This document shows positions 9,921-13,312 of a stretch of DNA of 13,312 nucleotides, piece by piece. The notes below the pieces were generated by a model. The model was not told the DNA's origin. It made no database searches and saw only the letters and a program-made list of their open reading frames with translations. Made by a program: the position numbers and the translations under genes. This DNA comes from Paraspadella gotoi. Its lineage: Eukaryota > Animalia > Chaetognatha. How positions within the stretch are numbered: position 1 is the stretch's first letter; every line of letters begins with the position of its first letter. Where the stretch lies: assembly GCA_051294375.1 (NCBI GenBank), contig JBJCIZ010000912.1, forward strand, positions 1 through 13,312, given 5' to 3'.

Positions 9921-10286
9921 TGGCAACAGCCGTGTTGCCTGTGATGCTCCGCGGTTACCTAGACGGTCAAAGCAGAGGGAAGTCGTTAGGACTGTGGATG
10001 GATCACAATGCCTATGTTCCCCTCTTGAGCAAAGTGGTATTGGCTAAACGTGATGGTGGACGTGAGCGGTGTGAATATACCACCCCATACCATTTTGTTC
10101 AGAGGAGCGGAACACACCATCCAGGCCTGGGTTCCATCCACAGTCCTTACGGACTACCCTCTGTGTTGGCAAAGCGAGACCGTCCTGGGGTAGTGACTGG
10201 GATGCGTCACGTGAGGGTCGAGCCCCAAGCCAACAGTGAGATGCCCCATCCCAATGGGCATCCACAGGCAACCCGGCTTGTTGTCA
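9921..10286 (+). ncRNA. Unclassified ~366-nt highly structured element (branched fold with pseudoknot)
   Basis: Terminal stem 9921-9943/10263-10286; GACGGTC 9962-9968/GACCGTC 10178-10184; CAGAGGG 9973-9979/CCCTCTG 10157-10163; perfect 15 bp 9988-10002/10133-10147; 15 bp with 2 G-U 10026-10040/10087-10101. GC content shifts sharply against the flanks. Confidence 0.6.
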
Positions 10287-11377
10287 CAGCCACAATGTAT
10301 TATTTTATCTTTTAAAAATCTAAAGTTTTCGGCGATTACAAAAGGCTTAAGGGGACCCAGTGATAAAAATGATATCATAAGCTTAAGGGTCTATCATTAA
10401 AGGAATTCGAATGGTGATAGTCATTAATTTTTCTTCGCGCGGGAAAGTGGAGAAAATTCCCATCTCCTGTTGCAATCCGAACAAGGACGTGATAATTATT
10501 GGCAAAAATTTTTCATTGATCTCCCCTAAATACTGATACCTCCATTCTCTTACTTTCACTTGGAAGTCATTTTTCATGAATTTCGAATTTTTATTTTTAA
10601 TGCAAGAAATCTGAAATCTTGAGTCGTGGCTTCTTTAATAAAGGATTTTAATGGTGGGTGTTTATATTTTTCATATACGCAAACAGGAAAGTACAAGAAA
10701 AAAAAACCAAATCCCTCTTAAAATTGGAACAAGGATGTCATTTTATTTGGTAAACATTTGTCATAACCATTGTAATATCTTTCCGGTTTCCTTTGACTCT
10801 TGTTCATAACAGATTAAATTTTAGGAGAGATAAAGAGTGCTTCCCTTCTTCTCATACTTGTACTAATGTTAGAGGTTATACTTTTATCCAATTAATGATT
10901 TGACTTGAAAAGAAACATGAATTAAAATTTTACCATACCATAATTTTTTAACAATTCCCGATTTTTTAATTTTTTTAAAATTTTTTGAGGAAAAATAATA
11001 ATCGGCGTACGAGGTGGCCCAGACGGAAAGTGATGAACTCAACATCGTACGGAAAAGACCGGACTAATTACAACCATAATATGGCGATTTTGACCCTGAA
11101 ATCATATTATAAAGTTAGTAAACAGTGAATGAATTACATTTAATTCTTATCCAATTTTTCAAACAGAAAAACCACTACGGTACTATGGGTATTCATCATC
11201 GTCATCGTATTTGTTCAAATCATTTGAGCTCCCAAAAGTTAACCAGCAAAATACGTCTGCAAGGCTGTTGAATTTAAAAATTGAATTGATAATAAAATTG
11301 AAATGGCATATTAATTTTACCATAATTTTATCTTTTTCTTCCTCCCTCATCTCTATCTCACTTGTTTTAAAAAATAT

Positions 11378-11929
11378 TTAATAAAAAATCACTGACAAAG
11401 TGTTTACGAGTTCGTCTTCGCCGTCTTTTTCGTCGTCGTCTTTTTTGTCGTCGTCTTCGCCGTCGTTTTCATCTTCTTTGTCTTTTTTGTTTGCGGTTTT
11501 GTCTTCCTCTTCGCCGTCGTTTTCGTCTTTTTCGTTGTCGACTTCGCCGTCGTTTTCGTCTTCTTTGTCTTTTTCGTTTGCGGTTTTGTCTTCCTCTTCG
11601 CCATCGTTTTTGTCTTTTTCGTCACCGACTTCGCCGTCTTTTTCGTCGTCGTCGTCTTTTTTGTCGTCGTCTTCGCCGTCGTTTTTGTCTTCTTTGTCTT
11701 CTTTGTTTGCGGTTTTGTCTTCCTCTTCGCCGTCGTTTTCGTCTTTTTCGTCGTCGACTTCGCCGTCGTTTTCGTCTTCTTTGTCTTTTTCGTTTGCGGT
11801 TTTGTCTTCCTCTTCGCCATCGTTTTCGTCTTTTTCGTCACCGACTTCGCCGTCGTTTTCGTCTTCTTTGTCTTTTTCGTTGTCGGTTTTGTCGGTGTCT
11901 TCCTCTTCACCGACGTTTTCGTCGTCCAA
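11378..11929 (-). CDS. Possible acidic D/E/K-rich repeat coding segment (unverified)
   Basis: A 183-codon open frame that starts at TTG rather than ATG. Four frames are open over the same repeat, so openness alone is weak evidence. Confidence 0.2.
   Translation of the reverse strand: MDDENVGEEEDTDKTDNEKDKEDENDGEVGDEKDENDGEEEDKTANEKDKEDENDGEVDDEKDENDGEEEDKTANKEDKEDKNDGEDDDKKDDDDEKDGEVGDEKDKNDGEEEDKTANEKDKEDENDGEVDNEKDENDGEEEDKTANKKDKEDENDGEDDDKKDDDEKDGEDELVNTLSVIFY
11405..11925. repeat. Triplet-based higher-order tandem repeat (87-bp + 129-bp subunits, ~216-bp period)
   Basis: The minus-strand translation shows unit A EKDENDGEEEDKTANEKDKEDENDGEVDD (29 aa) alternating with a 43-aa unit B. The AB dimer occurs twice, plus a partial unit. 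Confidence 0.9.
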
Positions 11930-11940
11930 TCATTTAAAAG

Positions 11941-12022
11941 ACGTGTGAGACTCGCGAAAGAAGGAACCTCGTCCTTTGGACAAAAGCGAGCGAATCAGTA
12001 ACGAACTTACTCCGTCGGCGAG
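11941..12022 (+). other. Candidate short exon with a perfect donor site
   Basis: A weak AAAAG acceptor at 11940 and the consensus donor GAG|GTAAGT at 12023. One frame is open (TCETRERRNLVLWTKASESVTNLLRRR). Confidence 0.2.
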
Positions 12023-12092
12023 GTAAGTTCGTGGCTAAGTCAGCGGCTGGACAAATCGCGTTGAGAAAGTGGAGAGAAAGTCAACCATATGC

Positions 12093-12131
<39 letters not shown>

Positions 12132-12158
12132 GCTCTCTCGTCTCTCTCTCTCTCTCTC
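12093..12158. repeat. (CT)n microsatellite, interrupted
   Basis: Direct reading of the sequence. Confidence 0.95.
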
Positions 12159-12474
12159 CTTTTTCTTCGTTTTTCACTTTTGTCGGTCTGTCGGTCGTCT
12201 CCATATAATGTTGAAAGTCACTTTATCATCTTAAGAACATCGAATTATAGAAAATGTTGTCCATCCGTCCGTCCGTCGTCCCCCTTAGCTTGAATGTCAA
12301 TTACTCATGTGTGGATGGGGCGATTGACTGAAGTTTTGTGTGTGTAAAGAAGTGTTGTGATTAAGCAGGAATTCAAGTTGCGATAGAATCGTGCCTAGTG
12401 GAAATGAGTTTAAATGGAAAAAAACAAAAACCTGTTTCACTATTTGATTATGCTTTTATGTAAATGTCAGCAAT

Positions 12475-12620
12475 ATTAATTATTCATTTAATCAATTAAT
12501 AATCAATCAATTAATCAATCAATTAATCAAGTAAATAATCAACCAAATAACTAATTAATTTATCAATTTATCAATCAATAATTAAATAATATTATAATTA
12601 AATGAATTTATTTAATTAAT
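12475..12620. repeat. Degenerate (AATC/AATT)n AT-rich simple repeat
   Basis: aatcaatcaattaatcaatcaattaatcaa and variants. Confidence 0.85.
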
Positions 12621-12812
12621 CATCGTCGATGTTATCATCGTCGTTCGCCATATCGTCGTTGTTGCTTTTGTCGTGCTCAATGACCTGATGAACAGAATTA
12701 AAAACAATTAATTAAATAATCTTTTAACTATTAATACTGCTAATAAGTCGGTGCAGATCCGGCATTGTTGCCTAAACTTGTTTCTGTTTTTTGTTGTATT
12801 TTCATAATCATA

Positions 12813-12853
12813 TCTTTCTTTCTTTCTTTCTTTTTCTTTCTTTTCTTTCTTTT
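12813..12853. repeat. (TTTC)n microsatellite
   Basis: Direct reading of the sequence. Confidence 0.9.
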
Positions 12854-12939
12854 TATCTGTTCTTTTTTTTTTTGGATAGCTGAAAAAGTTCGTTTCAGTT
12901 CATAAAAAGGTTCCAGAAGAAATTTCCTGTCGATTTTGT

Positions 12940-13312
12940 CATGGTCTTCGGCCTTCGTTTTTGTCTTGTTTTGCGCCTTCGCTTTTGTCGTCTTCTTCGT
13001 CGTGTCGTCGTTTTGTGTGTCGTTTTTGTCATCTTCTTTTTTTAGTCGTCTTCGTCGTCGTCTTCATCGTTGTTGTCATTCTGTTGTTGCTTTCATCATC
13101 GTTGTTGTTGTTGTTGTTGTCATTGTCTTATCATTTTTTGTCTTTGTTTTGTCGTTTTGTCATTGTTTTTTTGTCGTCTTCGTCGTTGTCTTTATCGTAT
13201 GTTGTCGTTCTGTTGTTGCTTTCATCATCGTTTTGTTGTGTGTCATTGTCTTTATCATTTTGTCGACGTCTCCGTCAGTTGTTGTCGTTGTCTGTTGTTG
13301 CTTTCATCATGA
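12940..13312. repeat. Low-complexity GTC/GTT region with an imperfect ~129-bp tandem duplication, running off the window
   Basis: CTGTTGTTGCTTTCATCAT recurs at 13081, 13210 and 13292. The flanks of the first two copies also align. Confidence 0.85.

Noticed and set aside
10179-10240. HDV-like ribozyme (ACC-GTCCTGG-GGT, then AGTGACT-GG, GCCAA)
   Set aside because: The L3 sequence is off-consensus and no P2 helix can be formed.
10265-10280. AACCCGGCTT resembling RNase P CR-V
   Set aside because: There is no matching CR-I/P4 partner, and the segment is used in the terminal stem.
9920-10315. 131-aa ATG-initiated ORF overlapping the structured island
   Set aside because: No recognisable domain. 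It coincides with a GC-rich foldback in which long open frames arise easily, and the pairing pattern explains the sequence better.
1-13312. Prokaryotic systems (CRISPR array, operons, IS elements)
   Set aside because: No repeat-spacer array and very low coding density. The microsatellites and splice-like signals indicate eukaryotic DNA.

Overview
AT-rich, CpG-retaining eukaryotic (invertebrate-like) genomic DNA that is mostly non-coding, intronic or intergenic. No complete protein-coding gene can be supported, and most listed ORFs are low-complexity or AT-rich artefacts. Recognisable content: a tRNA-Gly-like SINE head at the left edge, two short interspersed repeat families each present as a diverged inverted pair (HINE/DINE-like non-autonomous Helentron features), microsatellites, a triplet-built higher-order tandem repeat (11400-11925) and one or two candidate exons. 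The most interesting signal is a set of GC-rich islands of about 100-370 bp that fold extensively. The 9921-10286 island forms a long branched fold with G-U-biased stems, a pseudoknot and a possible kissing loop. The 5678-5900 island shares sequence motifs and covarying stems with it, but in circularly permuted order. The 8929-9058 segment has a twister-ribozyme-like core on the minus strand. All alignments and folds were done by eye and need computational confirmation.
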